NCBI RefSeq assembly: GCF_009914755.1
Contig: NC_060927.1
Direction: 5' to 3' (one strand)
DNA from: the human T2T-CHM13v2.0 reference genome, Homo sapiens
Length of the DNA: 64,000 bases
A program made the translations under genes and the position numbers. A model generated the notes under the pieces. The model was not told where the DNA came from. It saw nothing but the letters and a program-made list of their open reading frames with translations, and did no database searches. Every line of letters begins with the position of its first letter. The first letter of the stretch is position 1. Shown one piece after another: positions 14,849 to 29,600 of the stretch.

Positions 14849-15119
14849 GCCAGTTAGCCAAGAATTCTGTGGAAACTTGTGAGAAGGATGCTAGTTCACA
14901 CCTTTCTGTGGGACAGCTTGCCAGGAAATGCTTCTTATTTAATGGTTGTTCCTAGTACTAAAACTTAAGTCCGTAAACTTAAGGGCAGCTCATTCTTCAG
15001 TAACTAAAAAACAGAGACACAAATATTTACTCTTCACACCATGTAAAATTCCTCTTCTTCCCTGACTTTGCTTGCCCTCTATTCCTAATCTATTAATTCT
15101 TTGGTATTAAAAATATGTT

Positions 15120-15705
15120 TGCTATGGGCTGAATTGTGTCCTCCCAAAATTCATATGTTTAAGCCTTAACCCTCAATGTGACTGTTTTTGAAGATAGGGC
15201 TTTTAGGAAGCAATTAAGGTTAGATGAAGCCATTAGGGTAGGGTTCTAATCTGATAGGCTTCGTGGCCTTATAAGAGGACACATGTTTTCAGTTATAAGT
15301 GGGAGCTAAATACTGAGTACACACGGACACAAAGAAGGGAGCAATACACATCTAGGCCTACTTGAGAGTAGAGGGCAGGAGGATGGAAAAACTACCTATT
15401 GGGTACTATGCTTATTACCTGTGTGACAAGATAATGTGTACACCAGCCCCCCACAGCACATGATTTATTTGTAGAACCAGTTTGCACATGTACCCCTGAA
15501 ACTAACATAAAAGTGAAACAAAAAAGAGGGCACTGCAAGAAAGCAGCCACCTGCAAGCCAGGAAGAAAACCCTAACTAGGAACCGAATCAGACGGCATCT
15601 TGGTCTTGGATTTCCCAGGCTTCAAAAGTATGAGGAAATACGTTTCTGTTGTTTAAGCCACCTATTCTATGGTATTTATGACAGCACAAAGTGACTAACA
15701 TGACA
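15120..15705 (+). mobile_element. MLT1A/B-class MaLR LTR interrupted by an L1 3' end
   Basis: Start 'tgctatgggctgaattgtgtcctcccaaaattcatatg'; end 'tttctgttgtttaagccacc...tatggtattt'. Confidence 0.85.
15280..15523 (+). mobile_element. 5'-truncated L1PA15/16-like 3'UTR
   Basis: 'ataagtgggagctaaa...aaaactacctattgggtactatgcttattacctg...gcacatgtacccctgaa'; TSD aagagg(a/g)cac at 15273-15282 and 15524-15533. Confidence 0.85.
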
Positions 15706-15870
15706 CCCTAATATTATTTAACATCAATACCTCCTAAGTGCTTTTGATTTTAAAGACATCAATTTCTGGGAATATACCCAAGTAAGAGAATCACAGAATA
15801 TTGCGATGTGCATTGTCAGTCTTTTGTCTTTGAATACTAGATGAACCAGGTGATAAAAATGGACACATTT

Positions 15871-16200
<330 letters not shown>

Positions 16201-16984
16201 ACACCAATGGACACATTTATTGCATTTTTGTGATCCTTTTTGTTGTTGTTACAGCTTTTTTAGTCTCAAAAATATAAAGAAATATGTAACTATTTCCATC
16301 TTTATAGATACTATAACTCACCCAAGAAAAGCTGTACAAAATGTTTCTTTTGTTGCAATTGTGTTACCTCCCTAGATTGTTAAGTTAGACAGCTTGCAAT
16401 CATTCACACTGGTCCTCCCATTTGCGCCACTCACATGAAGAAAGGGAGCAGCCACAGCATCAAAGCTTGCTCAGGACTAACATATAAAGACCTTTTTAGT
16501 GACACATGTTCTATTATACAAAGTGCCAGATGAAGGTCAGTAACTGACCATGCACAACCAGAAAGGAGGAATACAAACTTGACATGTTTCAAAGTGTGTT
16601 AAAGTAAAAGATATAAAAACACAGAATTTTGCTAACGATGTGTTATCGGGTCAATTTATTCATTGGCTCCTACATTTGCCTCCACCAAAGGTGTCAATCA
16701 AGATAACATTAATTTATTGGAGCAGATGTGAGGCACTACAATATTTTTTTTAAAAAGTGTCAATATTCTATATTCTCAGGGCATACTTTTCCAGAAAATT
16801 GAAGATGTAAACATTCTGGAATTGTTTAATGATTCCTAGAGAATTTCAAGCAAAACGATGTTGCCTGTAGAGTGATATGAAAAGTAGTTTGTGGTTATTA
16901 TTCTAATTATTCTAATTGTGCTACAAAACTAGTTTCTTTTTCTTATCATAGAACAAGAGCCCCTCTGTTATTACTGTTAATAAC

Positions 16985-17460
<476 letters not shown>

Positions 17461-18742
17461 TCCCTTCAGGCTCAGGAAAGTAAACTGACATCACAGCCCA
17501 AAACATGATCAGTCAAAGCAGCATACCAGGAACCCTAAGGTTGGCCCTATATTCAGTTGCATACATTTTGGAATCACAATAACTAAATCCAACTAACTGA
17601 ACAATGGTTACAAATTAACATTATCTTTAATTTGGCTTGTTGGTTTATTTCTTATACTATCTAGGCATCAACCCCCAAGCACTTTTCTTCACCATCATCC
17701 CCCACTTAATGAACCAGGTAGAATGTAGCTGAAGAATGCAAATAAGATTCATGAAACATTAAGTGAGTTTTAGATTAGGTTTAATTATTTAAGGAAACTT
17801 CAAACTGGAAATGTAGAAACTTTGATCTCTAAACTGCTGCAGCTTTGAGTGACTGAATTGCTGAAAGTGTGTTTGTATGTGTGTGTGTGTGTAGAGAAAA
17901 AATAGCAAATGAGCAAGAATAGGAGCAGAGTGACTCAGAGGAATCAGATCTGTTGCTGTATTTTGTAATTTCATTAGTCATTTTATGAGTAATGGATTAG
18001 AAATTATTGCAATATATAACCACAACCAATTTTAGGACATCTGCATATTACTAATTGACATATAATATAAATAAATTGCCCTTCTGAGTATTGTGACTTT
18101 GCATACACTTTGGTTCCTGGGAATCCCAAGGTATAAATGATTCTGTCTAATACTTGGGTTTCTCAGACCAAACCTTTCATGTCTCTTAAGGGGGAAAAAA
18201 ACCCTCATCAATAAAATATTCTTCAAAGAACTGTCTTCTCTTTGAACATGCTCATGTCATACTGAGTTTCTCCATAGAAACAAGAGGATTCTCAAATTTC
18301 TAAGAGATGCTCTCACTAAAAGGATGCTAGAGATTAGAATTTTAGAGATAATAGGGAGAAGGGCCAGACTAATCCAGTGGGAAATTAAGCAATGGCTTGT
18401 AGATTATCAGGCTATTCATCACCTGGTCATTGTTCCCTCTGCTGTAGCTACTTTCATGAACTAACCCCAGAAAGCAAGAAACAGAGGGTGTCTTCCTAGT
18501 GCTTAAGTCTTGGGTCATCCAGAGTGCATCCCTCAGGTTACTGTTTAGAATACAAGACAACTTGCAATAAGAAGCAATAACCCTCCTTGAATTATCCATA
18601 GAAATTAGCAAATTGGGAAGTGCTATGGGTATGGTGTGGTAAGAAAAGGAATAGGTGAAGAATCAAGAAACCTGCTTTCTTATCCCAGCTTTCTCATTCT
18701 AGGAACAATTTTGAGCCAACTAGTTATTATTTCTGGGCTTTA

Positions 18743-19013
18743 GTTCCTTCTAAAAATGTAGGGGTGCTTCAGGTAAAGCTTTGACAGTGTCTCCATCACT
18801 AATATTATGGCCACTAAACTGAGAAATGAACAGTCTACATTTTAGTAGACTTCTAGTCTACTAAAAATGTAGGAGTGCTTCCGGTTCCTTCTAAAAATGT
18901 AGGGGTGCTTCCGGTTCCTTCTAAAAATGTAGGGGTGCTTCAGGTAAAGCTTTGACAGTGTCTCCATCACTAATATTATGGCCACTAAACTGAGAAATGA
19001 ACAGTCTACATTT
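18743..19013. repeat. Perfect 100-bp direct duplication with a 71-bp templated spacer (hairpin plus 30-bp units)
   Basis: 18743-18842 is identical to 18914-19013; 30-bp units at 18861-18890 and 18891-18920. Confidence 0.95.
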
Positions 19014-19464
19014 CTGCTCCTCAGACAAGGATGATACACAGTTGTCCCCTGGGGACATGAAACTATAAAGCATTCAAGGGAGGAATGGCAAGTGACTGCG
19101 TAAATGAGCTTCTGGTTCCTTGACTACAGGATCCTGATGCTTTAGACTGTTAAAGATCTTTCTTAATAGCTTGTTTACACCCCCTTGTTGCAAAAAGTAT
19201 TTGAGGTGACTTAGATAACTAGCAAATTAAAATAATTTGAAGTAATTGGACTAAAAGGAAAATGAGCTTAGTCCAAGACCAGCACATCAAATATAAAGAG
19301 GTGGAAAATTGGATTCTAATCTTCCTGTAGGTAAATTATAAAGAATAGTCAACTACAAAATTCACTGTATCTCTAAGTACCGTGTGTGGTAATGCTGGCT
19401 GTAGTATAAGTAGAGGTGAGGTGCTTTGCTTAGGACAGTTATTCCTACAATTGAAGTAAGAGAT

Positions 19465-19881
19465 TGTATTAGTTAATTCCCACATTGCTATACATAAATA
19501 CAGGAGACTAGGGAATTTATTTTAAAAAGAGGTTTAATTGGCTCATGGTTCTGCAGGCTGTGCAAGAAGCATAGTGGTATCTGCTTCTGGGGAAGCCTCA
19601 GAAAGCTTCCAATCATGGTGGAAGGCATAGGGTGAGCAGGCATCTCACATGGTGGGAGCAGGAGCAAGGGAGTGAGAGGGGAAGTGCTACACTTTTACAT
19701 GACCAGATCTCATAAGAACTCACGTACTATCATGAGGACAATACCAAGAGGGATGATGCTAAACCATTCATGAGAAATCCACCCCCACGATCTAATCACT
19801 TCACACCAGATCCCACCTCCATCATTGGGAATTACAATTCAACATGAGATTTGAATGGGGACACATATCCAAACTATATCA
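19465..19881 (-). mobile_element. MSTA/B MaLR solo LTR
   Basis: TG...CA ends; 'aaaagaggtttaattggctcatggttctgcaggctg'; 5-bp TSD GAGAT (19460-19464, 19882-19886). Confidence 0.93.
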
Positions 19882-20035
19882 GAGATGTTTCTCATGGTTT
19901 CTTACAAAGGAGAGATATGTGATATGTCATAGTGGTTTTCAATTGGGATATGAATAGAAGAGGTCCTTGTTAATATACAGAATTATATGTTAGCATATAG
20001 AATCATAATCCTAAGTGACAATCTCAGGCTTATGA

Positions 20036-20422
<387 letters not shown>

Positions 20423-21019
20423 TAGAGAAACCACTCCTCCAATGAAGATGATGTTGACTTTCAAGGGATATTTTTTCAATGGATTCTTCAAAAGAAGCAG
20501 ATGACATAGGGGCAAAAAACCAAATTAAATAAACTTTATGTGGTCAAAAAGAATATACAGTCTGGGTACACAGCTCTCTCAGGTTCATGTTTGATTCTAT
20601 GTTAAAATATAAAACATCAAGAAGGATTAAAATAGAGGTCACTCCTTATAGTGAGTTTAAAGGTACTCCCTTCATAATAAAAGGAGGCTGGTAGCAAACA
20701 ACTGCATTGTTAGACAGAGTTCGTTGAACATCATATGCAAAACTGTCTTTTATTTTGGTTCAGGTTGATTAATCCAAACCCTACATACTTCACAGAGGAA
20801 TTGAGATTTAGGATTGGCTTCTTGACTCTCAATTGTCTGCAGTTCCTTAAAAACTTGAAGCCAAATTTTTAAATTGTCGAAGTATCTCCATGTGGCCACC
20901 CCTCTGAGGTTGGAATTTGGCAAGCAAACTCTTTGTTTTTGATTCTTTCTCTTGGTCCTCCCCCTTCCTGCCATCCCTTGGTCATTTGATCATTTTCACT
21001 GTCGGTTTGCCTCAATTAC

Positions 21020-21530
21020 CTCTTTTTTTTGTGGCAACTTTATTGAGGTATAATTTACATGCCCTAAAGTCCACCTGTTTAAAGTATACAATACTTTTTT
21101 TTTTTTTTTTTTGGAGACAGAGTCCTGCTCTGTCTCCCAGGCTGGGGTGCAGTGGCATGATCTTGGCTCACTGCAACCTGACGGGGGTCTCACCATGTTG
21201 CCCAGGCTGGTCTCAAACTCCTGAGCTCAGGCCATCTGCCCACCTCGGCCTCCCAAAGTGCTAGGATTACAGGCATGAACCACCACACCCTGCCTAAAAC
21301 ATACATTTGTATGGCTTTTAGTATATTCAGACTTGTGCAACCATTGCTACAATAAATTTTAGAACATTTTCATCACTTCAACTCCTCCTAAAACCTATAT
21401 ACTTCTCAGCTGTCACAATTGGTTAACTGCCCCTTCCCTCCAATCCCAGGGCACCACTAGTTTATTTTCTGCCTCTGCAAGTCTGCATATTCTTGACATT
21501 GCATATAAATGGGATCATATAATATGGACT
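21020..21530 (-). mobile_element. L1MB-like 3' end interrupted by an Alu
   Basis: 'caactttattgaggtataatttacat...ttttagtatattcag...aattttagaacattttcatcac...catataaatgggatcata'. Confidence 0.8.
21095..21295 (-). mobile_element. Alu (J/S) with an internal deletion of about 100 bp
   Basis: 'ctcactgcaacctg' joins directly to 'acgggggtctcaccatg'. Confidence 0.9.
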
Positions 21531-21592
21531 TCACTTTCTTTTGTGGAGTATCCCTTCTTCTAACTCTTGTTCAGCCTCTGGTGCTAGTTGGT

Positions 21593-21718
21593 CTTTTAAA
21601 AATTTATTTATTTGTATATATTCATAGGGTACGAGTGCAATTTTGCTACATTGATATATTGCATTGTGATGAAATCACCACCTTCAGCACATCCATCATT
21701 GGAGCAACAGACATTGCA
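21593..21718 (-). mobile_element. Short L1PB/L1MA 3' end
   Basis: 'agggtacgagtgcaattttgctacattgatatattgcattgtg'. Confidence 0.65.
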
Positions 21719-21828
21719 GCACTAGGCAGCTAGTTTATCTTAAATTAAAAAGAGCACTAGGAATGGACAAAGTTTCCAATCCTATTTTAGGAGATACCTG
21801 AAAGGTAATTACATTCTCTGTTTAGAAA

Positions 21829-22141
<313 letters not shown>

Positions 22142-22309
22142 AGAAATTTTATTTTTCCTTCTTTTTGCATTTCTTTTAGTCTGTTTTATTAAAAGGCCAT
22201 ATCTATCATTATCACCTCAGGAAGTGACTGGGTTCAGGGAAGGTAATGAAGGCACAGGAGGAAAACATAAAACCTCTGTGTCACAGGGATGATGATGATG
22301 ATAATTAAT

Positions 22310-25300
22310 GAATAAATTGTATTCTTTAGAGAAGCTTTAGGTTTAGAGGAAAATTGAGCAGAAGGTATGGCGATTTCCCTTATAGCCCCTGTCCCCACAC
22401 ATGTACAACCTTCCCCACTACCTATATCCTGCTCCACAGTGGTGGTGCAATTTATACAATTGATGAACTTACCTTAACACATCATTATCACCCAAAATCC
22501 ATAGTTGAAATTTCAGTTCATTCTTGATATTGTACATTCTATGGGTTTTGGCAAATGTACAGTGGCATGTATCGACCATTGTAGCATAATAAGGTAGCAT
22601 ACAGAATAGATTCATTGCCCTTTCTCACAGCAGAAGTTTTTAATTTTAATGAAGTCCAGCTCAATTATTTCTTTCATGAATCATGCCTTTGGTGTTTTAT
22701 ATAAGAAGCCATTGCCATACTCAAGGTTACTTGGGTTTTCTTCTGTTATTTTCTAAAAGTTTTATAGTTTTGTGTTTTACATTTATGTCTATGAACCATT
22801 TTGAGGTGTTTTTTTTTTGTAAAGAATATAAATTCTGTGTCTAGAGTAATTTTTTTTTTGCATGTGTATATCCAGTTGTTCTATCATCATTTTTAAAAAG
22901 ACTATTTTTGGTCTATTGTACTGCTTTCACTCTTTGCCAAAGATCAGTTGGTGATACTTATATGGGTCTATTTCTGGGCTTTCTGTTCCATTTGATCTGT
23001 TCTATTGATCTAGCTGTCTATTCTTTCACTAATACCACATTATCTTGCTTACTGTAGCTTTATAGTAAGTCTTGAAGTTGGATAGTGTCAGTCCTCTGAC
23101 TTTGTTTTTTGACTTCAATATTAAGTTGGCTTTCTGGGTTTTTGTTTTTGCCCCTCCATATAAACTTTAGAATCAGTTTGTTAATATCTACAAAATAACT
23201 TACCAGAATTTTGATGGGATTAAATTGAATGTATAGATCAAGTTGAAAAGAATTGATAACTTGGCAATGTTACATCTTTCTATCCATGAACATGGAGTAT
23301 CTCTCCACTTATTTAATTCTTCTTTAATATCTTTCATCAGAGGTTTAGAGTTTTTCATATGTAATTATACAATTATAAATATAAATAAGTATAACATGCA
23401 ACTTATAATTTAAAAATAATTAATATAATTATAAAATAATATATATTTAATTATTCTGTTGGATTACACCTAAGTATAAATTTTTGGGTGCTAATGTAAA
23501 TGATATTGTGTATTGAGTTTCAAATTCCACTTGTATTTTTTGCCCATAAATAGAAAAGCAATTGACTTTAATATGTTAACTTTTATCCTGCAACCTTGCT
23601 ATAATTGCTTATTAGTTCCAAGAGTTTTTTACAGATTCCTTCAGATTTCCCATAGATGATCATGTAATCTACAAACAAGATGGTTGTGCTTCTCCCTTCC
23701 CAATCTGAATACTTTTTAGTTCCTTTTCTTGTATTACTGAATTAGCTAGTACTTCCAGTATGATGTTGAAAACAAAAAACAAAAAACAAAAACAAAAAAA
23801 CCCCAAAACAAAAACTTTGTTTTGTTTCTGATCTTACAGAAAAGCTTCAAGTTTCTCATCCTTACATATGATGTTAGCAGTAGTTTTTTAGTTTTTTTGT
23901 AGTTTTTAGGTTTTTTTCTTTATTTTTTCTTTTTTTTTTGTAGATGTTCTTTATCAAGTTGAGGAATTCCCCTTTAACCTAATTTGCTGAAACTTTTTGT
24001 CATAAATGGGTGTGGATTTTGATAGATGCTTTTTCTGCATCTATTTATATTGTCAAATGGTTCTTCTTTAGCCTGTTAATGTGATGAATTAAATTAATTG
24101 ATTTGTCAATGTTGAAACAGCCTTGCATACCTAGGGAAAAATAAATCCCACTTGGCTGTTATGTATAATGTTTTATATTCATTTTAGGTCAATGTACTAA
24201 TTAGTCAATGTACTAATATTTTGTTGGGGATTTTTGCATTTATGTTCCAGAGAGATATTAGTCTTTAGTTTTCATTTCTTATAATACCTTTGGTTTTGGT
24301 AGTAGGTTAATGCTGCCCCAGAGAATGAATTAGAAAGTATTTCCTTTGTTTCTCTGTTCTGAAGGAGATTGTAGAGAATTTGGTGCAATTTTAAAAAGTA
24401 TTTCCTTTGTTTCTCTGTTCTGAAGGAGATTGTAGAGAAATTGGTGTAACTTTTTCTTAAATTTTTGGTAGAAATCACTGGTGAAACCATCTGGACCAAA
24501 TTTTTTCAGTTTTGGAAGGTTATTAATTATTGATTCAATGTCTTTAACAGATATAGAGCTATTCAGATTATCTATTTCTGCTTGTGTGAGTTTTCACAAT
24601 TGTATCTTGCAAGGAATTGGTCCATTTAATCTAGGCTATCAAATTTGTAGGCATAGAGTTGTTCATAATATTCCTTCATTATCCTTTTAGTGTCTATGAG
24701 GTCTGTAGTGATATCTCCTATTTATAATGTTTGTAATTTGTGTCATCTCTTTTTTTTTTTTCGGTTAGCCTGGCTAGAGGCTTATGAATTTTATTTATCT
24801 TTTCAAGAAACTATCTTTTATTTTGTTGATATTCCTAATTGATATCCTCTTTTCAATTTTATTCATTTCTGCTCTAATTTTTATTACTTCTTCTCTGCTT
24901 ACCTTGAATTGAATTTGCTCTTCTTTTTCTGGTTCCCTAAGGTAGAAGCCAAGATTATGGATTTTAAATTTTCCTTCTTTTCTAACACATACATTTAATG
25001 ATAAACATTTCCCTGCAAACACTACTTTCATTGCATATTTCAAATTTTGATGAGTTGTGTTTTCATTTTCATTTATTTCAAAATATTTTAAAAATTTATC
25101 CTGAGATTTGACCAATGTGTTATTTAGAAGTGTGTAGCTTAACCCCCGAGTACTTTTCTATTTTTCAGCTATTACTCTGTTACTGAATTCTAGTTTAATG
25201 TCACTGTAGGCTGAGAGCAAACATTGTATCATTTGATTAATATCTACCATTTTTATTGTTTCTATTAGTTTTTCTTATTTTTCTACTTTGTCTTTCAGAC

Positions 25301-26040
25301 TTTTTCTGCCTTTTGTTGGTTTTATTAGGCATATTATATGATTCCTTTTTTTTCTTTTTTTACATGTCAATTATGTCCTTTTTAAAGTAGTTGCCCTAGA
25401 GTTTGTAATAAAAATGTACAACTAATCCAAGTTCACTTTCAAATAATATTATAACATTTCACCGATAGTGCAAATAACTTGTAATTACAAAATATTCCTA
25501 ATTCTTCTCTCCTGTCTCCTCTTTGTTGCTATTCATTTTACTTACACATAAGCATACAAAATTGAATACATTGTTGCTATTTTTTGCTATTATTTTTAAA
25601 AAAACTAATTTGTTAGTTCAATCAAGAATAAAAACAATTAATGTATTGCATTCATTTTACCTTCACTTGTTCATTCTCCAGTGCTCTTCCTTTCTTAATA
25701 TAGATTTGAGTTTCTGACCTATATTATTTTCCTTCTCTCTGAAGAACTTACTTTAGCATTTCTTGCAAGGCAGGTCTATTAGCAACAAATTGGCTCAATT
25801 TTTGTTTGTCTGAGTCTTTATTTTCTCTTCACTTTTGAAGAAAAATTCTGCAGCTACAGAAACTTTGGTGGATGGTTTTCTTCTCTCAATGCTTTTAAAT
25901 ATTTCACTTTCATACAGATGATTTATTCTACATTCCTTTTGCTTCTGTAGTTTCTGGGGAGAAGTCTAATGTAATTCTTATCTTTTTTCCTCTATAGGTA
26001 AGGTTTTTCCCCCTCTGGCTTCTTTCAAGATTTTTTTTTT
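22310..26040 (-). mobile_element. Old L1 (L1MD/L1MC-like), 3' part: 3'UTR, internally deleted ORF2, end of ORF1
   Basis: 3' end 'tttagagaagctttaggtttagaggaaaattgagcagaag'; ORF 24795-25115 'LKYFEINENENTTHQNL' is ORF2p-like. Confidence 0.88.
24334..24452. repeat. 61-bp tandem duplication inside L1
   Basis: 'aaagtatttcctttgtttctctgttctgaaggagattgtagagaa' starts at both 24334 and 24395. Confidence 0.92.
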
Positions 26041-26167
26041 TTTTTGGAGGTGTGGAGCAAGATAGCAGAATAGAAGTCTACACCGTTCATCCCCACTGCT
26101 GGAACACCAAATGTAACAACTATGTGCACACAGAAAAGCACTGTCACAAGACCCAAATATCAGGTGA

Positions 26168-26608
<441 letters not shown>

Positions 26609-29600
26609 TGACCCCCTGATTCCAGGTCCTAGCTCCTGGATATATTTTACACACACCCTGGGCCAAAAGGGAACCTGCTGTTTTGAAGGGAAGGACCTAG
26701 TCCTGGCAGGATTCATCACTTGCTGACTAAAGAGCCCTTGGGCATTGAATAGCCATCAGCAGTACCCAGGGAGTATGCCATGGGCCTTGGTCTCTGAGAA
26801 ATGCTGGCTTCAGGAGAAACCCAGTACATTCTCAGCTGTGGTGGCTATGATGAAAGACTCCTTTTGCTTGAGAAAAGCAGAAGGAAAAGTAAAGGGGACT
26901 TTGTCCTGCATCCTAGGTACCAACTAGGCCACAGTGGGGTAGAGCTACACACAGGCTCTCGGGGTTGCCAAGTCCAGGCCTAGGCTTTGGGACAGCATTG
27001 CTGGACATGCCATGGGAAGAGGGGAGCACACAGCACTAAAGGGTGAGTCCCAGGCTTAGCAACATTCACGACAAGCCACATGAATATTGGCAGTGGCCTG
27101 GCAGAACTTCCTGTCGACGAGTGGTGGCCACAGGGAGAGGCTTTTCTACCTGTGGTAAGGGAAGGGAAGAGCGGGAAGGTCTTTATATGGTGATTTGAGT
27201 GCCAGATAAGCTGCTGTAGAACAGAACATTAGGTAAATTGCTAAGGTTTTTTTACTCCAACCCTGCCACCCAGGCAGCGTCTCTGGAGATGCCCAGGGCC
27301 TGGGGGAGCTCACCACCCTAAAGGGAAGGGCTTTGGAAAAGGGTCAGTGCTGCGCTAACCCAGCAAGCTCCCAGTGGTGGTGGCCACAGGGTGTCTGCAT
27401 CACCATACCCTCAGTTCCAGGTGGCTCAGCACAGAGAGAGGGACTCCATATGATTAAGAAAAAGAACAAGAGTCTCTGCCTGGCAATCTAAAGAATTCTT
27501 CCAGATCTTATCCAAGACCATGAAGGCAGTACCTCTATGCATCTGCAAAAGCCACAGCATTATTGGGCTTGGAGCCCAAGTCCCTTTGAATACCTGGAAA
27601 GCCTTCCAAAGAAGGGCAGGCACAAACAAGCCCAGACTGTGAAGACTGCAATAAAGTAACCCTTTGATGCCCAGACACTGAAGAACATTTACAAACATGA
27701 ATACCATTCAGGAAAACATGAAATCACCAAATGAACTAAATAAGTCACTGGGGACCAATCCTGGAGAAACAGGGATATATGACCTTTCAGACAGATGATT
27801 CAAAATAGCTCTGTTGAAGAAACTCAAAGAAATTCAAAATAACAGAGATGGAATTCAGAATTTGATCAGATAAATTTAACAAAAATATTGAAATAATTAA
27901 AAAGAATTAAGCAGAAATTCTAGAGTTGAAAATGTAATTGATGTGCTAAAGAATGCAACAGAGTCTCTTAGGAGCAGAAATGATTAAGCCAAAGAATTAC
28001 TGAGCTCAAAGACAGGCTATCTGAAAATACATCATTAGAGGAGACAAAATAAAAAATAATATAAAACAATAAGGCATACCTACAAGATCTAGAAAATAGC
28101 CTCAAAAGCACAAATCTAAGAGTTATTGGCCTTAAGGAGGAGGTAAAGAAGGAGATAGGGGTGGAAAGTTTATTCAAAGGGATAATAACTTCCCAAACCT
28201 AGAGAAAGATATCAACATTCAAGTACAGAAAGATTATAGAACACCAAGCAGATTTAACCCAAAGAAGACTACCTTTAGGTTTTCAGTAATCAAATTCCTA
28301 AAGGTTAAGGATAAAGAAAGGACCCTGAAAGCAGCAAGAGAAAAGAAACAAATAACATAAAATGGAACTCCCATACATCTGGCAGCAGACTTCTCATTGG
28401 AAACGTTACAGACTAGGAGAGTGACATGACATATTTAAATTGCTGAAAGAAAAAACTGTTACCCTAGAACAGTATATCTGGCAAAAATATTCTTTAAGTA
28501 TGAAGGAGAAATAAAGACTTTCCTAGACAAACAAAAGCTGAGGGATTTCATCAACCCCAGACCTGTCTTAGAAGAAATCCTAAAGGAAGTACTTCAATCT
28601 GAAAGAAAAGGACTCTAATGAGCAAGAATAAATCATCTAAAGATACGAACCTCATTGGTAATAGCATGCATGCAGCAAAACACAAATTAGTATAACACTG
28701 TAATTGTGGTGTATAAACATCTTTTGACTTCAGTAGAAATACTAAGAGATGAACCCATCAAAAATAATAATTACAACAACTTTCTAAGACATAAATAGTA
28801 CAATAAGACAAACAACAAAAAGATAAAAATCAGTGGAAGAACTTAAAGTATAGAGTTTTTATTAGTTTTCTTTTTGCATATTTGTTTACATAATCAGTGG
28901 TAAGTTGTCATCAGTTTAAAATAATGAGTAATAAGATTGTATTTGCCAGCCTCATGGTAATCTAAAACTGAAAAACATTAATGGATACACAAAAAATAAA
29001 AAGCAAAAAATTAAAGCACACTATCAAAGAAAATCGCCTTCACTAAAAGGAAGACAGGAAGAAAGGAAAGACTGCAAAATAGCAAGAAAACAGATAACAA
29101 AATAAAAGGAGCAAGCCCCTACTTATCCATAATAACGTTGAATGTAAATGGACTAAAGTCTTCAATCAAAAGATATAGAATGGCTGAATAGACAAAAAAC
29201 AAAACCCAAGGATCTCTTGCCTACAAGAAACACCCTTCACCATATAAAGATATACAGATAATGAAAATAAAGAGATGGAAAAAGATATTCCATGCCAATG
29301 AAAACCAAAAAAGAGCAGGAATAGCTCTACTTCTATCAGAAAATAATAGATTTCAAGAAAAACTGTAAGAAGAGACAAAGGACAAAGAAGGTCATTGACA
29401 AAGGGGTCAATTCAGCCAGAGGATATAATGATTGTAAATACATATGCACCCAACACTAGAGTACCCAGATATACAAAGCAAATATTATTAGAACTAAAGA
29501 GGGAGATAAGCTCCAATATAATAATAGCTGGAGACTTCAGCAGCCCACTTTTAGCATGGGATAGATTTCCCAGATAGAAAATCAACAAAGAAATGTAGGA

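Noticed and set aside
18842-19039. ORF with RKHPYIFRRN repeats, or a CRISPR-like array
   Set aside because: By-product of head-to-tail 30-bp units with no unique spacers and no cas genes; eukaryotic DNA.
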